DNA of 63,977 bases, the filler included, from Stramenopiles sp. TOSAG23-2 (Eukaryota): the NCBI GenBank assembly GCA_900128395.1. It is 3 parts of 3 records of this genome, joined end to end, with 100 filler letters (N's around TTAATTAATTAA, not from the genome) between each part and the next. Parts side by side here need not be neighbours in the genome. Positions count along the whole stretch, not along the records: positions 22,548 to 44,932 come from LT649514.1; positions 45,033 to 63,977 come from LT649595.1; 1 more part is not named here. One strand, written 5' to 3'. Below, piece by piece: positions 35,654-47,687 of this stretch (positions are counted from its first letter, which is position 1; the number at the start of each line of letters is the position of its first letter). The notes under the pieces are model-generated. The model was not told the origin of the DNA, made no database searches, and saw only the letters and a program-made list of their open reading frames with translations. The position numbers were made by a program, and so were the translations under genes.

Positions 35654-36889
35654 ATGTCGAAAGTACAATTGAAAGACCCAAATAATTTGTGGGGAAAATC
35701 ATTAGGATATCCTACTTCTCCAGGGTATAAAAGTAAATTAGGTGCCTTGCTTGATGATAGAAAATTTACCCGTATAGGCAATTATAGCCATGGGTACGAA
35801 AAAGTTTTTCCACATCATATTATCAAACCAAGTAATGAACCGTTTCAATTTGATGATGGGAGCCCACCTATATATCAAGATACATTTGAATATCGTTATG
35901 GTCGAGAAATGTATGAATTAGAAGACTATTTTAAGCAATATCCTGTCACCTCGTTCATGATAGCTCGAAAAGGTAAAATATTTGTTGAAAAATATTTACA
36001 CGAAAGAAATAATAAACATAGGTTTCAAAGTTGGAGTATGGCAAAATCAGTTACATCATTATTATTAGGCATATGTTTAGATTCAAACTGGATTGATTCC
36101 ATTGATGACACAGTGGAAAAATACGTACCTGAATTAAAAGGAACACTGCATGGCCAATCCACTATTAGGAATTTAGGTAATATGGCATCTGGTGCAGAAA
36201 TTACACATATGAGCGAGGATTATAATTCATTATATCCTCGATGTTTTTCGTTTCCCGAAAATACAGATATATTACCAGTCGTAGCCGGATGGAATAAAAA
36301 ATCAAATGCACCACCAGGTGCAACATTTAATTATAATGAATTATGTGCATTAACAATTGGTATATTAATACGAAAAGTTGCAAACATGACACTTTCACAA
36401 CTGTTTGAACAACGCATTTATCAACCAATGGGTGGTGAAGATGAAGTGACATGGAGTACCGACTCCAAAGGAAATGAATTCAATTGCATTGGTATTGGCA
36501 TGACAACTCGTGATTGGTGTAGATTAGGCATGTTAATAGCAGGGAAAGGTTTCATGAATAAGAAACAAATTATAAGTGAAAAGTATGTAAACGAATTTAC
36601 CAGTTGGGATTTATCAAAGGATAAACATTTATGGTCAAAAAATAAACATATCAACTCCACGATGTTGCAAGAACAAGGTGTTCTAGGATGTGGATATAAA
36701 CTTTTTTTCTGGCATCAAAAGCCGGATGGGTCACAGCCAACTTTTTCAGGACATAATGGTCAATATATAGTTATTGATATACCAAGTGGCACAGTTATGG
36801 TAATGACAGGTGTATCAGAGGAAGGCCCATGGCAAGTAGAAGCAAATGCTATTTTCCAAGCAGCGATTAATATGAAAGGGAAGAAATGA
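35654..36889 (+). CDS. Beta-lactamase/AmpC-fold serine hydrolase (NylB-like)
   Basis: SxxK in FQSWSMAKS; PGATFNYN; TTRDWCRLG; SGHNGQYI. Confidence 0.88.
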   Translation: MSKVQLKDPNNLWGKSLGYPTSPGYKSKLGALLDDRKFTRIGNYSHGYEKVFPHHIIKPSNEPFQFDDGSPPIYQDTFEYRYGREMYELEDYFKQYPVTSFMIARKGKIFVEKYLHERNNKHRFQSWSMAKSVTSLLLGICLDSNWIDSIDDTVEKYVPELKGTLHGQSTIRNLGNMASGAEITHMSEDYNSLYPRCFSFPENTDILPVVAGWNKKSNAPPGATFNYNELCALTIGILIRKVANMTLSQLFEQRIYQPMGGEDEVTWSTDSKGNEFNCIGIGMTTRDWCRLGMLIAGKGFMNKKQIISEKYVNEFTSWDLSKDKHLWSKNKHINSTMLQEQGVLGCGYKLFFWHQKPDGSQPTFSGHNGQYIVIDIPSGTVMVMTGVSEEGPWQVEANAIFQAAINMKGKK

Positions 36890-37362
36890 GATGCGAGAGA
36901 AAAAAAAGTCTGTGTCTGTGTCTGTGCGTGTGTAGTGTTTTTAAAGGAATAAAGATATATGCATACTTACTATCATATAATGTTTAATTAATGCATAATT
37001 TATTTTTAATTTACTCATGATAATTCCTACTCTCCAGAAAGAATACAATAACTGAGACAAATCTATCTCACTAAACTGAAAGATGGACAATGAATCGTAA
37101 CATTGCGATAGAGTTCATCTTGATCATATATGCATAAAACAATTATTGCCAAATAGTGTTATTATTACGTACATTTTTATTTAAAAAAAATATTTTTTAA
37201 AAATTAAAAAATTACAAAAGTACTTCGTATATGATATTTAAAGTGTATTTTTAATGATCTGGTTAAAATCTAAAGTGTGTATTAAAAAGAGTCTGACGAC
37301 GCAGACTAAGTGTGTATTAATATTATAATTTAAATACCTTATTATAAATGTTCACAACTCTT

Positions 37363-38886
37363 TTAAGCATTGACTGCATACCTCGATTCACCATTCGCAA
37401 CACTACTATTCCAAATTATAAATTTATTAGCATATACATCTGCTTCAATGGATATATGTGTACTTTGTATACTTGGTTCAATTGAAACAGCATTTTTATC
37501 AATAGTAATTCCACTTAATGTATAATTATTTATAGCAAACGATAATTCTGCATAACAATTTGCACTGACAAGCATTGGATCCTTACGCTTACGTATCTTT
37601 TGATAATTATCTCCAGATTCAAGACCATCCAAATCATCTTTTGCATAAACATTCCATGATGTTCTCGCTTCAAATTTCCCCATTTTATTTTGTGCATATG
37701 TATTGTATTCTAAACCGACAATTGATGCATCATTATCATCAACTTGTTTATCAACATTATTGTTATCTTTATTGTTGTTGTTATCATTATTAGAGTAATC
37801 ATGTAACTTTATTGGCATTTCATCACCAGTGCAAATTCCACGATCAATCCCAGGTGCAACAATTGGTGTTGATGGTGGAGTAGGCAAACGAGCTGGTGAT
37901 TCTAACGTTTTTGATGCAAATTGAATAGTCCCTGATAATATTGCATCTAGCCCTTGAGCGAAAAAATTTGAACCTAATGTCCATACCATAGAATTTTCAT
38001 TTGCAGCTAGAATAACAGAGCCATATGATGGAGTCAACGCATGGGATATAATCCTTCCATAATTTTTCCATGGTAAGCGTATAGTTGCCTCTTTCATTAA
38101 ATTTCTATAATTCGCCAACATTCCCCATTTCAAAGTTAAACGAACATTTACACGTTTTTCTGAAACATCAGTTACTTGATATGTTGCTGACAATGGCAAT
38201 TTTGTTTTTGCTGGCAAGGTAAAGCTATATCTACATAATTCAATTATATGGTTTGGTGGTGTGAAAATTATTAATTTACTATCTATTTCTGCTGGAGGCA
38301 ATGCGCAAGTATCGACTAACATATCCGTTAAAGCATTTGCAGTACTCAATGGCAAACTAACACGTGGTACACCATTCAATGTTGCATCGCATGTGATGAT
38401 ACCAGAAAGTGTCCATACATCCTCCACGCCTTTACGTCCATATTGTATGCATTGGATTTCTTCTCGAACATGTAATTTTAATTTTTGTGCACTGTTTTGC
38501 AATATATATGGTTTCCACGCAGGTCGTTTTTGCACGCTTGTCTCTGATTCTTTGAAACCACGAGCATGTAACTCATTGATAACATGTGCATCAGTCTCTA
38601 ATGGTGTACCAAATGGTATCATGCTACTTATTTGACATTGCACAATTGCCAATTTATCACTACCAAATTTAGGTGCACATGGTTTTATAACATACACTAA
38701 AGCTTCTAAAAAAGCAAAAGACGAAGTTACACATGGTAACTGAATGGCTCTAGGTCTATCCTTTGGTAATCTCGCGATAGGAAAACCATCCACTTCTGGT
38801 AACACAACTAAGAAAACATTTAATCTATGCAATACAACAATTGGCCATAAGACTAATATATTAGTATTATTAATATTACCATTTTG

Positions 38887-38919
<33 letters not shown>

Positions 38920-39237
38920 GGTATCATTATTGCTCTTATTATTGCGTGCATTATTTGTTAATGGTGTTCTACGTGTAAGTCCAAAAATGGGATATTCAGG
39001 TGAAAATGAATGATGAAAATGCTTTAAATAATCATCTTGAAATAATTTTGAAAATTCTCTATCGTCTGGTACAGCTACTTCTTTATATGATAAATATTTA
39101 TTATTATCATTGGAATTATCACTTTCATGATATTTTTCATGTCGTAATCTTACCCTTCTTTCTACCGTGGAAAATTTTCTACTAAGTAATACACCACCAG
39201 ATTCATTCAATAGCCATAATCCTCTAATAGAACACAT
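37363..39237 (-). CDS. AP5M1: AP-5 complex subunit mu
   Basis: MCSIRGLWLL...LLSRKFSTVE, LWPIV, MIPFGTP, RPAWKP; mu-homology C-terminus ending FIIWNS. Confidence 0.88.
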
Positions 39238-39790
39238 GCTATTAATTGTTGAGTAGTGTTTGTTGCCGTCTTTGTTTATGTATATGCATGTAAGTACTAT
39301 ATACTATTTCATTTTTCTGACATCAGAGATGATAACAAAATTAATTTCATTCTTATTTATTTCTATTAGATAATTTTTTATATATTGCAACTATTATATT
39401 TTTTGTTGTTGTTGTTGTTTTTGGTGGAGGAATTATTTTTTCGTTGAATTTCGCGGATGATAATATAATATACGTATAGCATTAACATAAACCCTCTTTC
39501 TAACTATATCTGGTCGTGCTATAAATATCCTATAATATCGGATATTTATATGGACAGAAAAATCTATTAGTTTTGTAATTTCGGTCTCCTGTCGTTAATT
39601 TCCCCCAGTGCTATGTAATGCTAAAGGCCTACGATGGCCATCATCAATTCACGATTCAAACTAATACACACACATTTATATATTAATATATATATATACA
39701 TAGCAGCCATAATTAAAATATGGTATATAAAAAAGAGAAAAGGAATTCAACTTCTCTAGACCAAATATTATTATATCGCAAGATAACAAA

Positions 39791-40055
39791 ATGTCATCAT
39801 CCACCACCAACAACAAAGAGATACTCGCAACGATCGATCAATACGAGACAAATTGCAAAGTATCAAGGAAAAATCTTGGAACGCAAACAAAAGCATTTAA
39901 AAAATATAATAATGAGGAAAAATTAAATAAATTTCCAGCTTTATTAAAATTATATCAAAAAGAAATTGATGTATTAACAAAACGTGCTAAATATTCAGAA
40001 GAACATTTCAATACATTAGCAAATAAACAAAATAACGAGAAACCATCTAGTAGTA

Positions 40056-40094
<39 letters not shown>

Positions 40095-42301
40095 GCATTT
40101 CAGAGGAAAGCAAAGACAAATTATTAATACCATGGAAAAGAAAGGTGACAAAGTTGGAAATTACAAATAAACGTTTAGAGCAAGAAATTAAAGAAGTGGA
40201 AGGTGAATTAATGAATTTAAAAAATCAAGATATCACAATACGACAATTGGAAAATAAAATCGAAGAGTTAGAATCAGGTGCAGATAGTAACATACAAATG
40301 CAAGTAATAACACACAAAGAAAAAATGGAAGAAATTCTTGATAGAGAAAGAGATGAATTCCAAGAAGAAATTCAAGAATTTTTAGCAAAAATTGAAAAAG
40401 CGAAAGAAGGTGAAGCAAGAGCTCGTGAGGAACAAGATGCTGCGCAAACGGAATTATTTGCCTTGCGAAGTCGTGTGGATGAGGAACAAGCTGTAAATCA
40501 AAGTGATATGACTATGTTATCTGATGAGCTTGATAATGCAAACAATCGTATACAAATGTTGGAACATAAACTGAACGCAATGGCAGCTAAGAATGGTAGT
40601 AGTAATAGTAGTAGCAGCAGCAGCAGCAGCATTAGTAGAACTAGTCGTAATACGAAAGATACATTAGCAGTTCAATTACGTTTACAAGCAGAATTAACTG
40701 CAAAAGATGAAATTATTGACCATTTGAACCAAAAGATAGATGGGGGGAGGTACCGTTCAAATACAGATGTTGCAGCCGTTTTTAATACAGCCGTTGAATT
40801 GAAATTAGCAAAAGATTTAAAAGCTGTTTTTAAAGTATTGGACCAAGATCATAATGGTTCTATCTCCATGAAAGAATTGGAACTTGGGTTAAAGAAAATG
40901 CATGTTGACATGAATGGAATTGAAATAAAATTTTTATGGGATGCATTAAATGTGAACCATGGTGATTCTATTTCATATTCTGAATTTGAACAATTTTGTA
41001 AATCAAAAGCTCTTATTTCGAAAGATTTGAATTATAATAGTAACAACAACAATAACAATAACAAGAATTATGATGACGACATGGTGAATAAACTAAATAT
41101 TGAACTATTGGAGTTAAAAAATGAATTAAACAAAAGGCCCAGTAATGATATTTATATGGAAACAAAATCAAAACTTCGCACATTACAATTAATCTTGTAC
41201 AATTCTATTGAAGAAAACGATGAGGATGAGATCATGGTGGCAAATAATGGGCACAATAACAATAATAAACAAATATCTGATTTAGAATCAATTATGGTAA
41301 AAAAATATCATTCCATGGAATCAAAGTTAACAAAGTATAAGAACGATATAAGAGATTTAGAAACCAAATTCAAAGTGGAACAAAATTTACTAAATAAATT
41401 TAAAAATGATTGTGAGGAAAAACAAAAATTGATTGATCAATTAGAAGAAGATTTAGCCAATCGTGATACATTGAGTGGTGCATCACCAAATACAAGTTAT
41501 GTAGATGATAATAATGATGAAAGTAATGCAAGGCGTAATATTTTCGGTAACAATAACAACAATAACAACAACAACAGTAATAATAATAGCCCACCATCGT
41601 CGTTCACAAATAATAGTACCAGTAGTCTATTACAAAAAATTGTAGATGATGCACCTGCAACACCTACAATATTACTACAAACAAATACGACTAGCAACAA
41701 TCAATTAGCCGCGTCAATGGAAGATATACTACGTGGCCAGCGGGATCGATATCGTAAACGGGTAATAGAATTAGAAAGTAGAGTATCTAAATCTACACAA
41801 TTATTGCAATCATCAAGAACTTCCGCAGAGCAATTAAGAGCTGACAATGTGAAATTATATGAAAAAATTAAATATTTACAAAGTTATGATCGTCGTAAAT
41901 CGTCAAAGGAGCAACTCACCGGCCGAACGTCATCTAGGAACAATATGGCGCTACTATCGAATAATAATAAACGCGATGATTTAATGGAATCAGGATCAAT
42001 GTCTCAATATAAAAAAATATATGAACAAAGTGTAAATCCATTTACGCAATTTCATAAACGAGAACAAAATAAACGTTTTGAAAAGTTAAATAGTGTTGAC
42101 AAAATCATCTTAATTGGCGGACGTTTTTTCATGAAAAATCGATATTCAAGAGCATTCTTATTTTTCTATTTTTTGTTTTTGCATTTTGTATTGTTCCTTA
42201 CGATGTATAATTGGACACATGCACATCATACATTTCATATTGTTAGGAATATACCTCATCATAATTTGCCACATTCGATGGAGAAGATTGTACACAAGTA
42301 A
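39791..42301 (+). CDS. CASP: Golgin CASP/Coy1 homologue with an EF-hand pair insertion
   Basis: LLKLYQKEIDVLTKRAKYSE, NQDITIRQL, GQRDRYR, LRADNVKLYEKIKYLQSY, YEQSVNPF; C-terminal TM helix with YFLFLH. Confidence 0.9.
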
Positions 42302-42798
42302 AAAAGTTTTTTATTAAAATCCATAAAATTTAAATATGATTGATTTTCGTAGAATCTAGGAATTATAATGGACGAGGTTTGATAGTAAAATATGTGTAAT
42401 TTGTACTTATTAGTATACTAACATTTTATTTATCAATTGGAAGTCCTCTCTCTCTCAGTATCCACATTTATGAATATATACGAAGTGATATTTACAATCA
42501 CGCAGAAGTACATTGCGCACGTAATATTTTTGTACTCGCGTAGTTTTTCCACTACACACACCCTTGATATACTGCGCAATTCCCATTATGTACTTTCGTA
42601 CTCGTACTTTTCACTCTCACACACATTTCTTTCTCCTCGCCCTTCTCGTTTTTTTATTTTACATATTTTTTTTATTTACATTTTTTTCTAATATATTTAC
42701 ATACACATTCACACGCAACAAGCACGCACACACAAAGACACAAATAGTTACTTCTTGCATTTGTGCTAATCCTATTCACATTCCATAAAGACATTTTT

Positions 42799-44055
42799 TC
42801 AATGTGAATTTATTCTATTCCTTTGATTTTCATCGTTACTATTTGTCGCTCTGCTTCTTTTTTTATTTGTTACACCATCAATTGACATTTGAAATTTCTC
42901 CGCTAGCGTCAACATGAACGTTTCAGTATTGCTTACTTTCTGTTCACTTACACCTTTTTCATCTGTCTTATCTACATTCAATTGCAATATATCAGATATG
43001 ATGTTATTACTAGATTCTTTCAATTGTGTAACAAGTTTTGCTTCATTGAAACGGGAATAATTTACAATTGCATATCTAATGCACCTTTCACCTAATTTAG
43101 ATAATCCAAACGTATCAGCGACAATTAATATGTCAATCACATTTTCATCCTCTATCGAATCTTCTAAATATTGTGTCACTTGATCTTTTAAATCAGTTAG
43201 GCAATAAATTTCTGCAGCTTGTAACAATTCAAATACATTTTCATTGTTTATATTATTAGCTTTACCTGTATATATGCAATGTAACACTTCTAAAAATATA
43301 TTGTATGAGACGTCATGTATTGTAATGAGATTGCATTTGCTTTCCATCATTCCACCTAATAACATAGAACGAAAATATGGAGATCTAGCAACTAGCATCA
43401 TCTTGTGCCCATGTATGGTCGGATCATTTTCATTTGTAAATTTAAAAGTAATATCACTTAACTCTTCATTATTTACAAATGTGCTTAAATCTTCACCAAC
43501 TTTCTTTTGTAAATATGCCTTTTTCTCACTTTGAACATTTGCCAGTTCTAGTTTAAATAAAGCACGCCTTGCATTTAACATTCTACGCCGTTCAACCGAA
43601 TCTGCTTCGACCTTATAACCGCAATGTGTATATGGTTCTGCAAGTAACGGTGAATCTAGATCATACCATTCTCTAGTACAACTTGGTGCTCTGAATATTT
43701 GTAATTTATTTCCATCCACATTAAAATCACATACAACTGCGGAGCACCAAGTACTGCTATCACCACTGACTTCAACACCTTTACCAGGTTTCAAAGTTTT
43801 TCTCCAATTGGGTACTTTAGAATTACGCGGTGCAATTCGTGATGATGTTCGTAAGAAAACTGCATTCCATTTCGAACTCCATCCCATAAAACGTACAGTT
43901 ACACTTTTTTTATCGCACGTTATAATTTTTGCTTCATACCACATATCATCACCATCCATAGCATCAATAGCATCATGTTCTCGTAATTCTGATCGCCATT
44001 TATTTTGATTCATTTTTTCCGTGATGTTCATAGGTAATAATTCCATTGATGTCAT
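42799..44055 (-). CDS. BTB/POZ protein with N-terminal Tudor/Agenet-like domains
   Basis: IDAMD...WYEAKI...VRFMGWSSKWN; SDITF...HGHKMMLVARSPYFRSML...LHCIYTG...ELLQAAEIY. Confidence 0.88.
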   Translation of the reverse strand: MTSMELLPMNITEKMNQNKWRSELREHDAIDAMDGDDMWYEAKIITCDKKSVTVRFMGWSSKWNAVFLRTSSRIAPRNSKVPNWRKTLKPGKGVEVSGDSSTWCSAVVCDFNVDGNKLQIFRAPSCTREWYDLDSPLLAEPYTHCGYKVEADSVERRRMLNARRALFKLELANVQSEKKAYLQKKVGEDLSTFVNNEELSDITFKFTNENDPTIHGHKMMLVARSPYFRSMLLGGMMESKCNLITIHDVSYNIFLEVLHCIYTGKANNINNENVFELLQAAEIYCLTDLKDQVTQYLEDSIEDENVIDILIVADTFGLSKLGERCIRYAIVNYSRFNEAKLVTQLKESSNNIISDILQLNVDKTDEKGVSEQKVSNTETFMLTLAEKFQMSIDGVTNKKRSRATNSNDENQRNRINSH

Positions 44056-44732
44056 GACGAAATCAATATGTTATTACTTTTTTATTATTGATATCGATAT
44101 ATATTTTATTGTTTCTTCAAGTTGTATATTTTTAATAACTATTATAATTTATAATAATAATACTTATAATATTACAATATACAAAAAATTCGTATTTTTT
44201 AAAGTAACAATATTAATTTTGGATACAATATTATATAATAAGCGATTATTAATATTTGATATGATAAAACTTATTACAATTATATTGTTGTTTGTTCTAC
44301 TTCACAAATTGTTTGATGTTGTCTATCTCTAGAAGGAATATAGTTTTCAAATATATATATATATAGAGTTATGAAATGTGAGTGTGCGTACATCACATAA
44401 GTAAGGATTAGTATGGGAATAGGCTTAAAGGCTTGAAGGCAGTTAAGCACATCACATCACAATCTCTCGTATTTTTGTTGCGAACAGTGAGATGAAGAAC
44501 AGGGATAGAAAGTTCCATGAATTAGCATTAAAACTAGATTTACTATTATATTTGAAATATATATTAAATATCCGATATTATGTATAGTAACTATTAGAAT
44601 ATGTATATCAAATATATACTAATATTATTAACATTATACTATGTGCCTATTATAATAACTATATAAAAATCCATATTGATTTTTAATTTTAATTGCTTGA
44701 TTTTGGAAGAAGTTTTGGAGGAGTCCGTGGTG

Positions 44733-44880
44733 AGAATACCAGGAATACCAGAATACCAATTATTAACCGTAATGTCATGTGCTGTGGAAATGCTATGATG
44801 CTATGATGGAAGAATGCTGGAATGCTAATAAGGAATGCTGTGGAATGCTGTGGAATGCCAGGAATGCCCGGAATGCCAGA
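44733..44880 (-). repeat. Degenerate GGAATGCy / GGAATACC minisatellite
   Basis: ggaatgctgtggaatgctgtggaatgccaggaatgcccggaatgcca and related copies. Confidence 0.8.
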
Positions 44881-44932
44881 GACTGTCGACTATCGCGGAC
44901 AGCTATCAAATAAGTACACTTACTTTTCATAT

Positions 44933-45032
44933 NNNNNNNNNNNNNNNNNNNNNNNNNNNNNNNNNNNNNNNNNNNNTTAATTAATTAANNNNNNNNNNNN
45001 NNNNNNNNNNNNNNNNNNNNNNNNNNNNNNNN
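44933..45032. other. Artificial contig linker (N44-TTAATTAATTAA-N44)
   Basis: Identical in structure to 22448-22547. Confidence 0.97.
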
Positions 45033-45667
45033 GGGGTAAGAGAGAGGAACAAAAAACGTAAGACGATCTTGTTCTATATATATATATTTCAAACTAATAT
45101 ATTGATTAACGAAATCTATATATATGTACCTATTTGGTGGAAATCGATTGATTCTACTTTGTAATACATATTTAAATATATATAAATGTTTTTATTCATA
45201 TTATTTAGATATTGGAATTATTATTTATTCTTCATGAAGAAAAAAACAAAAATGTAGTACTATTTACATGCTAAATCTTGATAAGTTGTTGGATATTTCT
45301 TTTGATGTATTTTGAATAGATGATATAATAGTGGCACACCTGTGTGAGAGATTTATTTATTAAATCACGTTAATTTTTAGATTTTTTTAGATGTTTTTAG
45401 CACCTGTTGTCATGCTAGCTTTTACCTGCTGATGGAGGCCGGAAATCTTCTCTCTGCCGAAATGTAGTATTATAGTCTAACAAGTATAAAATAAATTCAT
45501 AAATCCAGGAGGCTATTTTTAATTATAAGACATGGGTACAGCAGCTATAAATACATTTGTATGTTTCAAATGATATAGGGGGAAATGATATCTCAAAAAT
45601 TGCCATATCCACGCAATCTCAATCTGGCCTTTTTTTTGGGCTGTGATGTGGCCCAGCGGCCCAGCTG

Positions 45668-45766
45668 GCAATCCAGCAATCCAGCAATCCAGCAATCCTG
45701 GCAATCCTGGCAATCCAGCAATCTGGCAATCCAGCAATCCAGCAATCCAGCAATCCAGCAATCCAG
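45668..45766 (+). repeat. GCAATCCA 8-9 bp tandem array, 12 units
   Basis: Direct count; variants GCAATCCTG and GCAATCTG. Confidence 0.95.
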
Positions 45767-45784
45767 GCCTTAGCGTGGACGGGC

Positions 45785-46023
45785 TCGTTTAAGCTAAAAG
45801 GGGTTTTTTCCCGATGCTGTGTCCATGGACGAATGTGCCCGCAAAAAAAAATACCGGCACATTTTACCATGGATATAGCATTAAGCCAATTTACGGGCAC
45901 ATTTCGTTTAAGCTAAAAGGGGTTTTTTCCCGATGCTGTGTCCATGGACGAATGTGCCCGCAAAAAAAAATACCGGCACATTTTACCATGGATATAGCAT
46001 TAAGCCAATTTACGGGCACATTT
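45785..46023. repeat. 119-bp tandem duplication
   Basis: tcgtttaagctaaaagggg...tacgggcacattt occurs twice. Confidence 0.9.
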
Positions 46024-46050
46024 CTAGCAAGGACACAGGCCTGAAATCCG

Positions 46051-46108
46051 AATGTGCCCGTAAATGTGCCCGCAAGTGCCCGCAAGTGCCCGCAAATGTG
46101 CCCGCAAA
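46051..46108 (+). repeat. GTGCCCG(C/T)AA tandem array, 5 units
   Basis: aatgtgcccgtaaatgtgcccgcaagtgcccgcaagtgcccgcaaatgtgcccgcaa. Confidence 0.9.
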
Positions 46109-46119
46109 ATTTATAAACA

Positions 46120-46349
46120 TATACTAAGTCTGTACACTGATATTATTTTAACCTATCAAAATCCAAATTTTCAGGGCACTTTAATGCTGTGTATATGCTA
46201 TGAGAATCCTTAATTGTGATAATGATAGAACGATTATACTAAGTCTGTACACTGATATTATTTTAACCTATCAAAATCCAAATTTTCAGGGCACTTTAAT
46301 GCTGTGTATATGCTATGAGAATCCTTAATTGTGATAATGATAGAACGAT
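46120..46349. repeat. 115-bp tandem duplication
   Basis: tatactaagtctgtacactg...gatagaacgat occurs twice. Confidence 0.9.
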
Positions 46350-47687
46350 GGAATGGCACTCAAGTATAATAAATTATACAGTAACATAAAATAATTTAGT
46401 TTTATTTGCTTATTTTCAGATAAAGTATAAGTTAAATTTATGACTCAGATAGACTTTGTTACAATTGTACATACATACAAAAAATGCTGTAAAGTTTGAT
46501 AAAATCAATATCTTTAACCCCAGAAACGTCAGTTTATCATACTTTAAAATAAATAAAACCAGTGAAGAAGTATCTGTATATGTTTTGCTGATCAACTTGC
46601 TTTACGATCGTTGTCCATTAAAAATATTAATAACTTCAGAAGTAAGTGAAACAAGTAATAATCTCCAACATCATAGTACACAATATCACTGCATTTTGCT
46701 AAATCTGACCAATATAAATAGCTTAAAACATAGGATAAGCTTTTTCGGCTTACGGTAGACTTAAAATATTACTACTGTATCCAAAGGTGGTGTAAAATCG
46801 CACTTTTTAAGATGTATAAATACGATTTTTGTAAGATTTCTCTGCAACGCACTCTACAATCGTTGAGGCAAAATAAGTTATGGAGAAAAACATTGCCATA
46901 CAAGATATAAAACAACATACGTAACGGTCAAAAGTATCATTCTTATTAAATATGATCATTGTTAGTCTACCGCACCATTATTTAGAAAAATTGGAGTCAG
47001 AATCGATATATATTGTAGTTTTTTCGTTTATTTAAAATATCATCTATTTTACACAGGACTTAGTAGAATATTAGGTTTTACCATATAAATATCATTAGCA
47101 TACATATCTCATAAAAAGTTAAGGGGAAGCATGTTTTCCATGCTGTGTCATATTATTTTTATATATTTCTAAGTGAAGGTTGTGTCTATGTTAAATCTTT
47201 TTTTCCTTCCTTTTTTTTCTTTTTTCCCCCTTTTTCCCTTTTTTTTCCCGCTTCGCGCCCCCCTTTTACACTGGCCAAAGCCATGGACGGGGAGGCCCAG
47301 GAGGCAATCCGCAATCCAGCTGGCAATCTGGCAATCCAGCCAGCCCGCCAGCTAAGGCCAGCCAGCAAATCCAGCAGCATAATCCAATTGAAGCAATTGA
47401 ATAACTGTCAAAAATATGTATATGTATCTTATTATTTATATTGATAAATCTCCCAATTATTCCATCATTTCATATATATATATATATTAATTATGTGTTA
47501 ATTTTCTTTATCACATTTAATCCGAAGAAAACGAGACTTAAATATCGTTATTGATAAATAAAAAAAACAAAAAAATGGCAGGTAAATTACAAGTGGATAT
47601 CAATAAATTACAAAATGAAAGTTTAAATATATTAAAAAGGACCGATCCAAATATAGTTAAAATATTAGCAAATGCATCACAAAAAAA

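Noticed and set aside
27566-36889. Beta-lactam biosynthesis cluster (IPNS-like oxygenase plus beta-lactamase-like gene)
   Set aside because: The two genes are separated by unrelated housekeeping genes, there is no NRPS or ACV synthetase, and both families are functionally broad.
45519-46127. Short ORFs such as MLDCWIAGLLD... and MLCPWTNV...
   Set aside because: They are translations of tandem repeats in several frames with no protein-like features.
45668-46349. CRISPR array or telomeric repeat
   Set aside because: No unique spacers, no cas genes, eukaryotic context; the array is internal, short and degenerate.
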